NCBI GenBank assembly: GCA_964599245.1
Contig: CAZREF010000010.1
Location: forward strand, 11,130-75,129
Length of the DNA: 64,000 bases
Reading direction: 5' to 3'
Origin: an uncultured Aeromicrobium sp.
GTDB lineage: Bacteria; Actinomycetota; Actinomycetes; Propionibacteriales; Nocardioidaceae
Below the pieces are notes generated by a model. The model saw only the letters and a list, made by a program, of their open reading frames with translations. It did no database searches and was not told where the DNA came from. Below are positions 45,993 through 55,716 of this stretch, one piece after another. The position numbers were made by a program, and so were the translations under genes. Position 1 is the first letter of the stretch, and every line of letters starts with the position of its first letter.

Positions 45993-48395
45993 CTAGAGCT
46001 TCTCGACCGGGGCGTAGCGCAGCAGCAGTCGCTTGACGCCCTGGGAGCCGAAGTCGACGCTCGCGACGGCGTTGTCGCCCTGGCCGTCGAGCGCGACCAC
46101 GGTGCCGAGGCCGAAGCTGTCGTGGCTGACGCGGTCACCCGGCGAGAGCGACGGCACGTCGCGCTTGCGACGGGAGGCGGCGGCCGCCGCCTTGGCCGTG
46201 AAGGCAGGACCGCGCGTGCCGGAGCCCTGCCCCGACCCGCCGCGGTAGGACGAGCCGCTCGAAGACGGCGTGCGCGTCCACGCCGTGGGCGACTGCGCCT
46301 CGCGCCGCCAGTCGAGCAGGTGGCCCGGAACCTCCTCGAGGAACCGGGAGGCCGGGTTGTAGGACGGAGCGCCCCAGGCGGCCCGGCTCATCGCGCGGGT
46401 CACGTAGAGACGCTCACGGGCGCGGGTGATGCCGACGTAGGCGAGGCGCCGCTCCTCCTGCAGCTCCGAGGCGTCGCCGAGCGCTCGCATGTGCGGGAAC
46501 ACGCCGTCCTCGAGGCCGGTGAGGAAGACCACCGGGAACTCCAGGCCCTTGGCGGTGTGCAGCGTCATGAGCGTGACGACGCCGTCGCCCTCGTCGGGCA
46601 CGGCGTCGGCGTCGGCGACGAGCGCCACCTGCTCGAGGAAGGCGGCGAGCGACCCGCGCGCGAGGTCGGCGTCCTCGGTGCCGGTCTCCTCGTCGGAGAC
46701 GGTGGACGCACCGACGACGAACTCCCGCGCGACGGCCACGAGCTCGGCGAGGTTCTCGACGCGGGTCTCGTCCTGCGGGTCCTTGCTCTCCTCGAGCGTG
46801 GCGAGGTAGCCGCTGCGGCTGAGCGCGGCCTCGAGGACGACGTCGGCCGGCTCGCCCGACTCCGCCAGCGCGCGGAGCTCGGCCATCGTCTCGGCGAACG
46901 CCTGGACCGCCTTGAGCGAGCGGGGCGCGAGGTCACCCGCCTCCTCGGCGCGCTGCAGCGCGTCCCAGAAGGTGATCTGCTCACGCGCCGCGAACCGCTC
47001 GACCGCCGCCTGGGCGCCGTCGCCGATGCCGCGCTTCGGCTCGTTGACGATGCGGCGCAGCGAGACGGTGTCGCGCGGGTTGACCAGCGCCCGGACGTAG
47101 GCGAGCGCGTCCTTGACCTCCTTGCGCTCGTAGAACCGTACCCCGCCGACGACGCGGTAGGGCAGGCCGACGCGGATGAAGACCTCCTCGAACACGCGCG
47201 ACTGGGCGTTGGTGCGGTAGAAGACGGCCACGTCGGACGGCTTCGCGTCGCCGGCGTCGGTGAGGCGGTCGACCTCGTCGGCGACGAACTGCGCCTCGTC
47301 GCGCTCGTCGTCGCCGACGTAGCCGACGATGCGCTCCCCCTCGCCCGCCGCCGACCACAGGTTCTTGTCCTTGCGGCCCTCGTTGCGGCTGATGACCGCG
47401 TTGGCCGCGTTGAGGATGGTCTGCGTGGACCGGTAGTTCTGCTCGAGCATGACGACCGACGCGTCGGGGTAGTCGGTCTCGAACTCGAGGATGTTGCGGA
47501 TGTTGGCCCCGCGGAACGCGTAGATGGACTGGTCGGAGTCGCCGACGACCATGAGGTCGAGGTCGGGGTCGGTCTCGGGGTCGCAGAGCTCGCGCACGAG
47601 GGCGTACTGCGCGTGGTTGGTGTCCTGGTACTCGTCGACGAGCACGTGGCGGAACCGACGACGGTAGGTCTCGCGGACGTCGGGGAAGGCCTGGAACAGG
47701 TGGACCGTCTGCATGATGAGGTCGTCGAAGTCCATGGCGTTGGCCGCGCGCAGCCGCTGCTGGTACAGCCCGTACGCCTCGGCGTAGAGCTCCTCGGTGC
47801 CGTTCGTGGCGCGGCCGCCGGCGGACTCGTGGTCGACGAGCTCGTTCTTGAGGTTGGAGACCCAGTGCAGGACGGCGCGCGGGTTGACCCGCTTGGGGTC
47901 CAGGCCCATGTCCTTGCAGACGAGGGTCATCAGACGTCGGGAGTCGGCGGCGTCGTAGATGCTGAAGGTGGACGTGTAGCCGAAGCGGTTGGCCTCGCGG
48001 CGCAGGATGCGCACGCACGAGGAGTGGAACGTGCTCACCCACATCGCGCGCGACGGGCCGCCGACCAGCTCGGCCACGCGCTCGCGCATCTCGGCGGCGG
48101 CCTTGTTGGTGAAGGTGATCGCCAGGATGGAGCCCGGGTGCGCGCCGCGGGCGGCGATGAGCCACGCGATGCGGCGGGTCAGGACGCGAGTCTTGCCCGA
48201 GCCCGCCCCCGCCACGACGAGGACCGGCCCCGGCGCGTGCGAGACGGCCTCGCGCTGGGCGTCGTTGAGGCCCTCGAGCAGCGTCTCCGAGCGGGCCGGA
48301 CGGCGCGACCGGCGGGGGTCGAAGGAGCGGTCGGCGTCACCGCTCGACGGGCTCGGGGGGCGGGCGCCGGAGGGCACGGGGAACGGCAACGTCAT
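45993..48395 (-). CDS. pcrA: ATP-dependent DNA helicase PcrA/UvrD1
   Basis: AGAGSGKT, TFTNKAA, VDEYQD, QNYRS, TLHTAKGLEFP, EERRLAYVGITRA, C-terminal Tudor-like domain. Confidence 0.96.
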   Translation of the reverse strand: MTLPFPVPSGARPPSPSSGDADRSFDPRRSRRPARSETLLEGLNDAQREAVSHAPGPVLVVAGAGSGKTRVLTRRIAWLIAARGAHPGSILAITFTNKAAAEMRERVAELVGGPSRAMWVSTFHSSCVRILRREANRFGYTSTFSIYDAADSRRLMTLVCKDMGLDPKRVNPRAVLHWVSNLKNELVDHESAGGRATNGTEELYAEAYGLYQQRLRAANAMDFDDLIMQTVHLFQAFPDVRETYRRRFRHVLVDEYQDTNHAQYALVRELCDPETDPDLDLMVVGDSDQSIYAFRGANIRNILEFETDYPDASVVMLEQNYRSTQTILNAANAVISRNEGRKDKNLWSAAGEGERIVGYVGDDERDEAQFVADEVDRLTDAGDAKPSDVAVFYRTNAQSRVFEEVFIRVGLPYRVVGGVRFYERKEVKDALAYVRALVNPRDTVSLRRIVNEPKRGIGDGAQAAVERFAAREQITFWDALQRAEEAGDLAPRSLKAVQAFAETMAELRALAESGEPADVVLEAALSRSGYLATLEESKDPQDETRVENLAELVAVAREFVVGASTVSDEETGTEDADLARGSLAAFLEQVALVADADAVPDEGDGVVTLMTLHTAKGLEFPVVFLTGLEDGVFPHMRALGDASELQEERRLAYVGITRARERLYVTRAMSRAAWGAPSYNPASRFLEEVPGHLLDWRREAQSPTAWTRTPSSSGSSYRGGSGQGSGTRGPAFTAKAAAAASRRKRDVPSLSPGDRVSHDSFGLGTVVALDGQGDNAVASVDFGSQGVKRLLLRYAPVEKL

Positions 48396-48458
48396 GTCCG
48401 GGCCAGCCTAGTCCCCGCCCCCGACGGACCCGGCCGACGCTCCGGCCCACCCCCGGTT

Positions 48459-48496
48459 GATTGTCTCACTACAATCCGGTACAAAGGATGGGACAA
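48459..48496. promoter_or_regulatory. probable operator of the YtrA-type GntR operon
   Basis: GATTGT-N6-ACAATC inverted repeat, TTGTCTCA...TGGGACAA, and phased ACAA in an AT-rich patch. Confidence 0.55.
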
Positions 48497-48522
48497 ATGA
48501 TCCACCCGCCCAGGAGGTCCTC

Positions 48523-49365
48523 GTGTCCGCCACCGCTCTCGTCGTCGTGATGCTCGCCCTCGCCCTCGTGCTGCACGCGACGGCCCCGCGCCAGGCCACC
48601 GTCCACGCCGGCCGGGAGGCCCGTCGCTGGGCCGCTCGGACCGGCATCCGCGTGGACCGGGCCGCCCTCGCCGCCGAGCTCACACGTCGCGCCCGCGTGG
48701 GTGCGGTCGGCTCGGGGATCGGCGCGCTGCTCGGAGCCGGGATGCTCGCCGCAGGAGCTGCCACCGGCGGGTCCGACGGCCCCGACGGCCTCGCCGACGT
48801 GGCGATCGTGATGTCCTCGACGGTGGTGTGCGCCGTCGTCGCGGAGGCCGTCAACGTCTGGCGACGGACACCGGACGCCACCGGGCCGCGCGCCGCCGCA
48901 CTGGTTCCTCGCACCAGCCATCGCAGCGTCGGCGAGAGAGCCGGCGAGATCGCGCTGCTCGTGCTCATGGTGGCGACGGCGACGCTCGCCGTGACCACCG
49001 TCGCGCAGGAGGTCCGGGGCGGGCGCGGAGCCGTCGCGGCATCGGCCGGCGCGCTCGTCGTGGCGGCCGCCTGCATCCTCGTCCGCTCCCGGACCCTCCG
49101 CCAGCGACTGGTCGCACGCGACGACCACGAGCTCGCCGTCGCCGCGGCGGCGGGTGACGCCAGCACCGACCGCTTCACCGACAACGTCATCGCCAGTGGC
49201 GGCGTGCTCACCCTCGCGTCCCTGCTGGTGCCGGTCGTCGCGGCGGGTCCGGGCGGCCTGCGCACCACGGCCCTCGTGCTCGGTGCCCTGGTGGCGGCCT
49301 GCATGCTCGCAACGGTGTGGGTGCGCCGCGCGACCCGCGACGCGCGGGTGGAGGCCACCGCGTGA
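48523..49365 (+). CDS. hypothetical multi-pass membrane protein
   Basis: about 6-7 hydrophobic segments; AGGAGG RBS; GTGA overlap with gntR. Confidence 0.7.
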   Translation: MSATALVVVMLALALVLHATAPRQATVHAGREARRWAARTGIRVDRAALAAELTRRARVGAVGSGIGALLGAGMLAAGAATGGSDGPDGLADVAIVMSSTVVCAVVAEAVNVWRRTPDATGPRAAALVPRTSHRSVGERAGEIALLVLMVATATLAVTTVAQEVRGGRGAVAASAGALVVAAACILVRSRTLRQRLVARDDHELAVAAAAGDASTDRFTDNVIASGGVLTLASLLVPVVAAGPGGLRTTALVLGALVAACMLATVWVRRATRDARVEATA

Positions 49366-49718
49366 TCGCCCTGGTCGTCGACCCGGGCACGCCGGAGCCG
49401 CCATTCGAGCAGGTTCGGCGGCAGGTGGCTGCCGGCGCGGCCGACGGGTCGCTGCCGGCCGGGCACAAGCTGCCGACCGTGCGCCAGCTCGCCGCCGACC
49501 TCGGCCTGGCCGTCAACACGGTCGCGCGCGCCTACCGCGAGCTCGAGGCCGACGGCGTGATCGAGACCCACGGTCGTCGCGGCACCTTCGTGGCGGCGTC
49601 CGTCACCGCCGACGACCACACCCGTGCCGCGGCCGTCGCCTACGCGGCAGGTGCCCGGCGGGCCGGGCTCTCGCGCGACCAGGCGCTGCGCCTCGTCGAG
49701 GAGGCGTGGGGCCGGTGA
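49362..49718 (+). CDS. GntR family regulator, YtrA subfamily
   Basis: PPFEQV...KLPTVRQLAADLGLAVNTVARAYRELEADG...GRRGTFV; short C-terminus. Confidence 0.92.
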   Translation: MIALVVDPGTPEPPFEQVRRQVAAGAADGSLPAGHKLPTVRQLAADLGLAVNTVARAYRELEADGVIETHGRRGTFVAASVTADDHTRAAAVAYAAGARRAGLSRDQALRLVEEAWGR

Positions 49719-50167
49719 CGCCCCCCGACCTCCCCGACCTCACCCTGCGCCTCGCCCGCGAGCGCGACCTCGACGACCTCACCGACCTGTGGGAGCGCGC
49801 CGCGCGCACCAGCCACGGCTTCATGTCCGACGACGACTTCGCCGAGGCGCATCCCTACCTGCGCGACGCGTTGCTGCCCTCGATGGACGTGTGGGTCGCC
49901 GAGGACCCCGCCGGCCGTCCGCTCGGGCTGGCGGGGGTGCGCGGACCGCACCTGGAGCTGCTCTACGTCGAGCCGGAGGCGCACGGTCGCGGCATCGGCA
50001 CCCTGCTCCTCGACCACGTGCGCCCGACCAGCGTGGAGGTGTACGCGGGCAACGCGCACGGCCTGGGCTTCTACACCTCCCACGGCTTCGGTGTCCTGCG
50101 CACCCACACCACCGACGCGTTCGGCCGGCCCTTCCCCGTCGTCCACCTGGTGCGCGACACGCCGTAG
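49715..50167 (+). CDS. GNAT acetyltransferase (YjaB-like)
   Basis: LWERAARTSHGFM, LYVEPEAHGRGIGTLL, GFYTSHGF. Confidence 0.85.
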   Translation: MTPPDLPDLTLRLARERDLDDLTDLWERAARTSHGFMSDDDFAEAHPYLRDALLPSMDVWVAEDPAGRPLGLAGVRGPHLELLYVEPEAHGRGIGTLLLDHVRPTSVEVYAGNAHGLGFYTSHGFGVLRTHTTDAFGRPFPVVHLVRDTP

Positions 50168-50204
50168 GGACCGGCGAGACGTCACCCCGCGGACGGGCCG
50201 TCGA

Positions 50205-50254
50205 TCAGTGGATCCGCAACCTCGGCCACGCCGTCGTGGTTGCGGATCCACCGA
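50205..50254. repeat. dispersed REP-like hairpin element, copy 2
   Basis: TCAGTGGATCCGCAACC-N16-GGTTGCGGATCCACCGA between convergent genes. Confidence 0.75.
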
Positions 50255-50263
50255 CGAGGACGG

Positions 50264-51697
50264 CTACTGGCCGGTGTCGTTCGGGTTCCGCCAGGTGCGC
50301 TCGAACGGCAGCCGCCAGGCGCGTGGCGCGATGAGCTGGTGCACGGAGTTCGGGCCCCACGTCCCGGGCTGGTACGGACGCACCGGCGGCGGGTCGTCGA
50401 GCAGCGGCTGGGAGACCTCCCAGAGCCGCTCGATGCCCTCGGCCGTCGTGAAGAGCGTCCGCTCCCCCGTCATCGCGTCGAGGATGAGGCGCTCGTAGGC
50501 CTCGAGCACCTCGCCGGCACGGTCGGTGTCCTGCATCGCGAACTGCATGGAGAGCTTGTCGAGACGAAGGCCCGGACCGGGGCGCTTGCCGTAGAAGGAC
50601 AGCGACAACCGGGAGGAGTCCGCGAGGTCGAAGGTCAGGTGGTCGGGACCGGAGAGGCCGACCCCCGACCCGGTCGGGAACATCGACTTGGGCGGCTCGC
50701 GGAACGCGATGGAGATGATCCGCGCGCCCTCGGCCATCTGCTTGCCCGTGCGCAGGTAGAACGGGACGCCGGCCCACCGCCAGTTGTCGATCTGCGCCCG
50801 CAGCGCCACGAACGTCTCGGTCTCGGAGTCGCTCGCCACGCCGGGCTCCTCGCGGTAGCCCTGGTACTGGCCGCGCACCACGTCGGAGGGACGCAGCGGC
50901 AGCATCGAGCGGAAGACCTTGTTCTTCTCCTCGCTGATCGAGTCCGAGTCGAGCGAGGTCGGCGGCTCCATCGCCATGAAGGCCAGGATCTGGAACAGGT
51001 GCGTGACGACCATGTCCTTGAAGGCGCCCGTGCCCTCGTAGAAGCCGGCCCGCCCGGAGACGCTGAGGGTCTCCGGGACGTCGATCTGCACGTGGTCGAT
51101 GAAAGTGCGGTTCCAGATCGGCTCGAAGAGGCCGTTGGCGAACCGGAACGCCAGGATGTTCAGCGCCGCCTCCTTGCCCAGGAAGTGGTCGATGCGGAAG
51201 ATCTGCTGCTCGTCGAACACCTCGTGGATGCGCGCGTTGAGGCGCTGCGCCGAGGCAAGGTCGGTGCCGAAGGGCTTCTCCATGATGATCCGCGCCCGCT
51301 CCACCAGGTCGGCCTCGCCCAACGTCGTCACGACGTCGAGGGCGGCCTTCGGCGGCACGCTCAGGTAGTGCAGCCGGCGCGGCTCGCCACCCAGCTCGGC
51401 CTCCAGACGTGCGGCGACCTCCGCCAGCCGCGCCGGCCCGTCGGCCACGTTCACGTAGTGCAGCTTCGGCGCGAAGTCGTCCCACTCCGCGTCGGGCACC
51501 GGTCGCCCGAACTCCCGGCACGCCTCCTGCGCGAACCGCCGGAAGCCGTCGTCGTCGAGGTCGTCCATCGACACCGCGACGATGCGGGAGTCGGCGACCA
51601 ACCTCGAGCGCAGCAGGTGCAGGATGCCCGGCAGCAGCTTGCGGCGCGCCAGGTCGCCGGTCGCCCCGAAGAGCACGATGAGGTGCGGCTCGGTCAT
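50264..51697 (-). CDS. zwf: glucose-6-phosphate dehydrogenase
   Basis: FGATGDLARRKL, EKPFG, RIDHFLGKE, WAGVPFYLRTGK. Confidence 0.95.
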   Translation of the reverse strand: MTEPHLIVLFGATGDLARRKLLPGILHLLRSRLVADSRIVAVSMDDLDDDGFRRFAQEACREFGRPVPDAEWDDFAPKLHYVNVADGPARLAEVAARLEAELGGEPRRLHYLSVPPKAALDVVTTLGEADLVERARIIMEKPFGTDLASAQRLNARIHEVFDEQQIFRIDHFLGKEAALNILAFRFANGLFEPIWNRTFIDHVQIDVPETLSVSGRAGFYEGTGAFKDMVVTHLFQILAFMAMEPPTSLDSDSISEEKNKVFRSMLPLRPSDVVRGQYQGYREEPGVASDSETETFVALRAQIDNWRWAGVPFYLRTGKQMAEGARIISIAFREPPKSMFPTGSGVGLSGPDHLTFDLADSSRLSLSFYGKRPGPGLRLDKLSMQFAMQDTDRAGEVLEAYERLILDAMTGERTLFTTAEGIERLWEVSQPLLDDPPPVRPYQPGTWGPNSVHQLIAPRAWRLPFERTWRNPNDTGQ

Positions 51698-51898
51698 GCC
51701 AGGGAGCGTAGACCCCCCGCGTTGCGCGCGCGTGTCGCGAGGACGGGTGCTGCTGGGCGTGCTGCCGCGGCTCGTCCTCGTCCACGTCCTGCGGCTGCGC
51801 TGCGTCGGCTTCTCGTCGACATGCGTCCCGCAAGGGCCTCGACGGGCGGACGGGTGCGTCTCGGCCTGGTCCTCGGGGCCCGGCGGAGTGTGCGGGTG

Positions 51899-52047
51899 GG
51901 AGGTAGGTGGCCCGCGCTACGCCGGCAGGTGGAGGTGGGTGGCACGCGGTTGAGGGCCGACTATCCGCGCGCCACCTACCGCTGGGGCTCCGGGATGCGC
52001 GGGCCACCTACCTTCCGGGGGCCGGATTCCGCGGGTCACCTACCTCC
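51899..52047. repeat. convergent array of five 18-bp repeats with 32-bp period
   Basis: consensus GGAGGTAGGTGGCCCGCG at 51899 and 51931 (+) and at 51966, 51998 and 52030 (-). Confidence 0.85.
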
Positions 52048-52053
52048 GGAGGC

Positions 52054-53763
52054 TCAGCCGGGGCCGCGGCGGGAGGCGGTGGTCTCGACGACGTCGAGCC
52101 GGCCGAGGACGGTGTCGAGGACCTCGGAGTCGAAGCGCCCCTCGGACCGCAGCTCCAGGAGCGCGGCGCGCTGGTCGTCGAGCACCGCGCGACGCAGGAG
52201 CCGGAAGTCCCGGAGCCGTCGCTCCCGGTCCGGCCCGTCCTCGCCCGCCCAGGCCCACTCCGCGGCCGGGGTCCGGCGGCGCCGGACCTCCTCCACGGCG
52301 AGGGGGTCGAGGACGTGACCGTCGAGGCCGTCGTGCCCGACCTCCGAGCACCGGGCGTCCGCGACCTCGCCCATCGCCGCGAGCAGGACCCGCAGCTGCT
52401 CCCGCCGCTGCTCGCTGCGGTCGCTCTCGGCCCCCAGCCGGCGGACCAGCCAGGACAGGGTGCCGCCCTGCAGGAGGAGCGAGGTGCCCGCGATGCAGAA
52501 CGCCGCCAGGACCAGGAGGCTGCGCTGGTCGGTGCCCGACGGCAGGGTCTGCGCGGCGGCGACCGTGATGACGCCACGCATCCCGGCCCACACCAGCACG
52601 ATCCCGTCACGACGACCCAGCCGCTGCTCCTCGTAGAACACGATGTCGGCCTCGCGACGGCGGACCACCTGCACCGCCCGCTCGCGGCGACGCTCGGAGA
52701 GCCGTTGGGCCTCGTCGGACGCCAGGTACTCCCGGAACGAGGCGAGCCGCGGCCGGTGCCGATCGTTCGCCCTTCGACCTCGCCGGAGCTCGAGCAGCAG
52801 CAGGCCCACCCAGAGGGCCCGGCCGACGAGGAGCACCCCGAGCGCCATGACGCACACGAGGACCAGGCGACCCCACGACTGACCCGACGCATCGAAGTCG
52901 GCGAGGAGCGGACGCAGCTCCAGACCCATCACGAGGAACACCGCACCCTCCAGCAGGAAGGCGATGGTGCGCCAGTTCACCTCCTCCGCCACCCGGTCCT
53001 CGGCCCTCAGCTCGACCAGGCCCCGGGTGCCGATCACCAGGCCGGCGACCACGACGGCGACCAGCCCCGAGCCGCCGAGGTGCTCCGACGGCGCGTAGGC
53101 GAGGAAGGGGACGACGAAGGAGACCGACGTGGCGACGGTGGCGTCCTCGACCAGCGAGCGCACCGCCAGGCTGGCACCGGCCACGACGAGACCGACCACG
53201 ACGGCGACCAGCACGGCCTGGAGGAAGTCGAGCCCCACGTGCCAGAGCGAGAGCGACGCGCCGCTGGCGGCGACGGCCGTGCGCAGCAGGACCAGCGCGG
53301 TCGCGTCGTTCAGCATGCTCTCGCCGTCGAGGATCGTCACGAGGCGCGGCGCGACACCGGTCCGTCGCACGATCGAGGTCGCGACCGCGTCGGTCGGGCT
53401 GACGATCGCGCCGAGCGCGAAGGCCTCCGCGAAGCCGATCCCGGGGACCACGAGCGGCAGCAACCACCCGAGCGCGAGCGCGGAGACGAGCACGAGTGCG
53501 ACCGACAGCCCGCTGATCGCCTTGACGTCGCGGCGGAAGTCGACGGACGGCATGTTGACGGACGCGGCGTAGAGCAGCGGTGGCAGGACCCCGGCGAGGA
53601 TCACCTCCGGCGTCACCTCGAGCTCGGGAACGCCCGGCACGAAGGAGATCGCGACGCCGACCAGCACGAGCAGCAGCGGCGCCGCGACACCGAGCCGACC
53701 CGCCAGGGCGGTGACCGCGACGATGACGAGCACGCCGACGACGGCGAGGAGCAGGAGGTCCAT
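52054..53763 (-). CDS. cation:proton antiporter (CPA1, NhaP-like)
   Basis: LPPLLY, SPTDAVA, LDGESMLNDATALV, WAGMRGVIT. Confidence 0.92.
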   Translation of the reverse strand: MDLLLLAVVGVLVIVAVTALAGRLGVAAPLLLVLVGVAISFVPGVPELEVTPEVILAGVLPPLLYAASVNMPSVDFRRDVKAISGLSVALVLVSALALGWLLPLVVPGIGFAEAFALGAIVSPTDAVATSIVRRTGVAPRLVTILDGESMLNDATALVLLRTAVAASGASLSLWHVGLDFLQAVLVAVVVGLVVAGASLAVRSLVEDATVATSVSFVVPFLAYAPSEHLGGSGLVAVVVAGLVIGTRGLVELRAEDRVAEEVNWRTIAFLLEGAVFLVMGLELRPLLADFDASGQSWGRLVLVCVMALGVLLVGRALWVGLLLLELRRGRRANDRHRPRLASFREYLASDEAQRLSERRRERAVQVVRRREADIVFYEEQRLGRRDGIVLVWAGMRGVITVAAAQTLPSGTDQRSLLVLAAFCIAGTSLLLQGGTLSWLVRRLGAESDRSEQRREQLRVLLAAMGEVADARCSEVGHDGLDGHVLDPLAVEEVRRRRTPAAEWAWAGEDGPDRERRLRDFRLLRRAVLDDQRAALLELRSEGRFDSEVLDTVLGRLDVVETTASRRGPG

Positions 53764-53809
53764 GGCGCCATGGTGGCACCGTGCCCGTGGCGGGCCCCTG
53801 GGGCGACGC

Positions 53810-54454
53810 TCAGATGAGCCGCCGGTCGCTCGCCCACTTGGTGAGCTCGTGGCGGCTGGACAGCTGCAGCTTGCGCAGCACGCTCGAGACGTGGGTCTCG
53901 ACGGTCTTGACGGAGATGAACAGCTCCTTCGCGACCTCCTTGTAGGCGTAGCCGCGTGCGATGAGACGCATGACCTCGCGCTCGCGCTCGGTGAGGCGGT
54001 CGAGGTCCTCGTCGACCTGGGCGACCTCGATGGTGCCCGCGAAGGCGTCGAGCACGAAGCCGGCGAGCCTCGGGCTGAACACGGCGTCGCCGGAGGCCAC
54101 GCGGTGGAGGGCGTCCACGAGCTCGGGGCCCGAGATGGTCTTGGTGACGTAGCCGCGGGCGCCGGCGCGGATGACGCCGATGACGTCCTCCGCGGCGTCG
54201 CTGACCGAGAGCGCGAGGAAACGGACCTCCGGAGCGGTGGTGCCGACGCGGCGGATCACCTCGGCGCCGCCGCCGCCGGGCATGTGGACGTCGAGCAGGA
54301 CGACGTCGGGACGAGCCGTGAGGACGGCCGGGACCGCCGTGTCGACGTCCTCGGCCTCGCCCACGACGACGATGCGCGGGTCCTTCTCGAGCTCGGCGCG
54401 CACTCCGGTGCGGAACATGGCGTGGTCGTCGACCACGAGGACGCTCAGGGTCAT
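53810..54454 (-). CDS. NarL/LuxR family response regulator
   Basis: VVDDH, LLDVHMP, LTEREREV...ISVKTVETHVSSVLRKL. Confidence 0.95.
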   Translation of the reverse strand: MTLSVLVVDDHAMFRTGVRAELEKDPRIVVVGEAEDVDTAVPAVLTARPDVVLLDVHMPGGGGAEVIRRVGTTAPEVRFLALSVSDAAEDVIGVIRAGARGYVTKTISGPELVDALHRVASGDAVFSPRLAGFVLDAFAGTIEVAQVDEDLDRLTEREREVMRLIARGYAYKEVAKELFISVKTVETHVSSVLRKLQLSSRHELTKWASDRRLI

Positions 54455-55716
54455 CGGGATGCCTCCGTGGCAGGGCTGGACGGGACGGGCAGGGGCATGG
54501 TGAGCGCGACCTCGGTGCCGTCCCCGAGGACGCTGCGCAGCCGTGCAGCGCCGCCGTGGCGCTCGACGCGACCGACGATGGACCCGCGGACCCCCATCCG
54601 GTCCTCCGCGATCGCGTCGGGGTCGAAGCCGGTGCCACGGTCCCGCACGAACACCTCGACCTGGCGGGCCCCGACCTCGGCGTAGACGTCGACGCGGTCG
54701 ACACCGGCGTGCTTGGCGGCGTTCACCACGGCCTCTCGCGCCGCCCGCGCCAGCGCGACGAGGCCGGGATCGGCCGGGCTCCCGAACGGGGCGTCGCCGA
54801 CCACGACCAGCTCCACGGCCACGCGGTGCGTCTGCTCGACGTCGCTGCGGACCTCCCGGAGGGCCGCGGCGAGCGAGTCGCCCGGCAGCTCCTCGTCGCC
54901 GTAGAGCCAGGACCGGAGCTCACGCTCCTGGCGACGGGCGAGCGTGGCGACGGCCGCAGGGTCCTCGGCGTTCTTCTGCAGCAGGGCGAGGGTCTGCAGC
55001 ACGGAGTCGTGCAGGTGTGCCGCGACGTCGGCCCGCTCCTGGGAGCGGATCCGCTCGCGCCGCTCGCTGCCGAGGTCGGTGACCAGCGAGACGATCCAGG
55101 GCCCCAGGATGAGCAGCAGCCCGACCACGGCGATCGCGAGCGCCGAGCCGAGGTCGCGCACGGCGGCGAACCCGCGCTCCTGCGTCACCAGGTAGACGAC
55201 GCCGAGCGCCACGAGGGCCAGACCCGCCGCGACGCGGAGCACGAAGCCGCCGCCGGAGGTCCTGGTGAGCCAGCTCTGCCAGGCCGCGTCGTCGAGCTGG
55301 CGCCACACGACAGCGACCCCGACCACCACGACGAGCAGCGGTGCCACCCACGTGCCGGCGAGCCCGTTGCCCTGCAGCAGGAGCAGGACGCCCGCGCCGA
55401 CGGCCAGCACCGCGGCCGTCTGCGCGACCTCCACGACGCCGGGCCGCCCCGGCGTGCGCATCCCGCGGCGGCTCGCCGCCTCCAGGCCCGGCGAGAGCTC
55501 GGGGCGGCGCAGCGGCATGAACCGCCACAGGAGCAGGTAGGCCAGCACCCCGGCCCCGTTGAACCAGGTCGCGACCACGAACCCGACGCGCACCCACAGG
55601 ACGGGGACGTCGAGGTGATCCGCGACGCCGGTCGCCACGCCGCCGACGACGCGGTGGTCGGCCGGACGGTACGCACGCCGGACGCCGCGCTCGTCGCGGT
55701 CGTCGGTCGGGGTCAC
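54451..55716 (-). CDS. sensor histidine kinase with an N-terminal PspC domain
   Basis: VVGGVATGVADHL (PspC), AHLHDSVLQTL H-box, NAAKHAG, DRGTGF. Confidence 0.92.
   Translation of the reverse strand: MTPTDDRDERGVRRAYRPADHRVVGGVATGVADHLDVPVLWVRVGFVVATWFNGAGVLAYLLLWRFMPLRRPELSPGLEAASRRGMRTPGRPGVVEVAQTAAVLAVGAGVLLLLQGNGLAGTWVAPLLVVVVGVAVVWRQLDDAAWQSWLTRTSGGGFVLRVAAGLALVALGVVYLVTQERGFAAVRDLGSALAIAVVGLLLILGPWIVSLVTDLGSERRERIRSQERADVAAHLHDSVLQTLALLQKNAEDPAAVATLARRQERELRSWLYGDEELPGDSLAAALREVRSDVEQTHRVAVELVVVGDAPFGSPADPGLVALARAAREAVVNAAKHAGVDRVDVYAEVGARQVEVFVRDRGTGFDPDAIAEDRMGVRGSIVGRVERHGGAARLRSVLGDGTEVALTMPLPVPSSPATEASR

Noticed and set aside
39274..48500. long antisense or alternate-frame ORFs (979, 756, 849 and 521 aa)
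   Set aside because: They are shadows of real genes with low-complexity translations and no motifs.
51899..52047. CRISPR array
   Set aside because: The repeats are 18 bp, the spacers only 14 nt, the orientation flips mid-array and there are no cas genes. Kept as a REP-like array instead.
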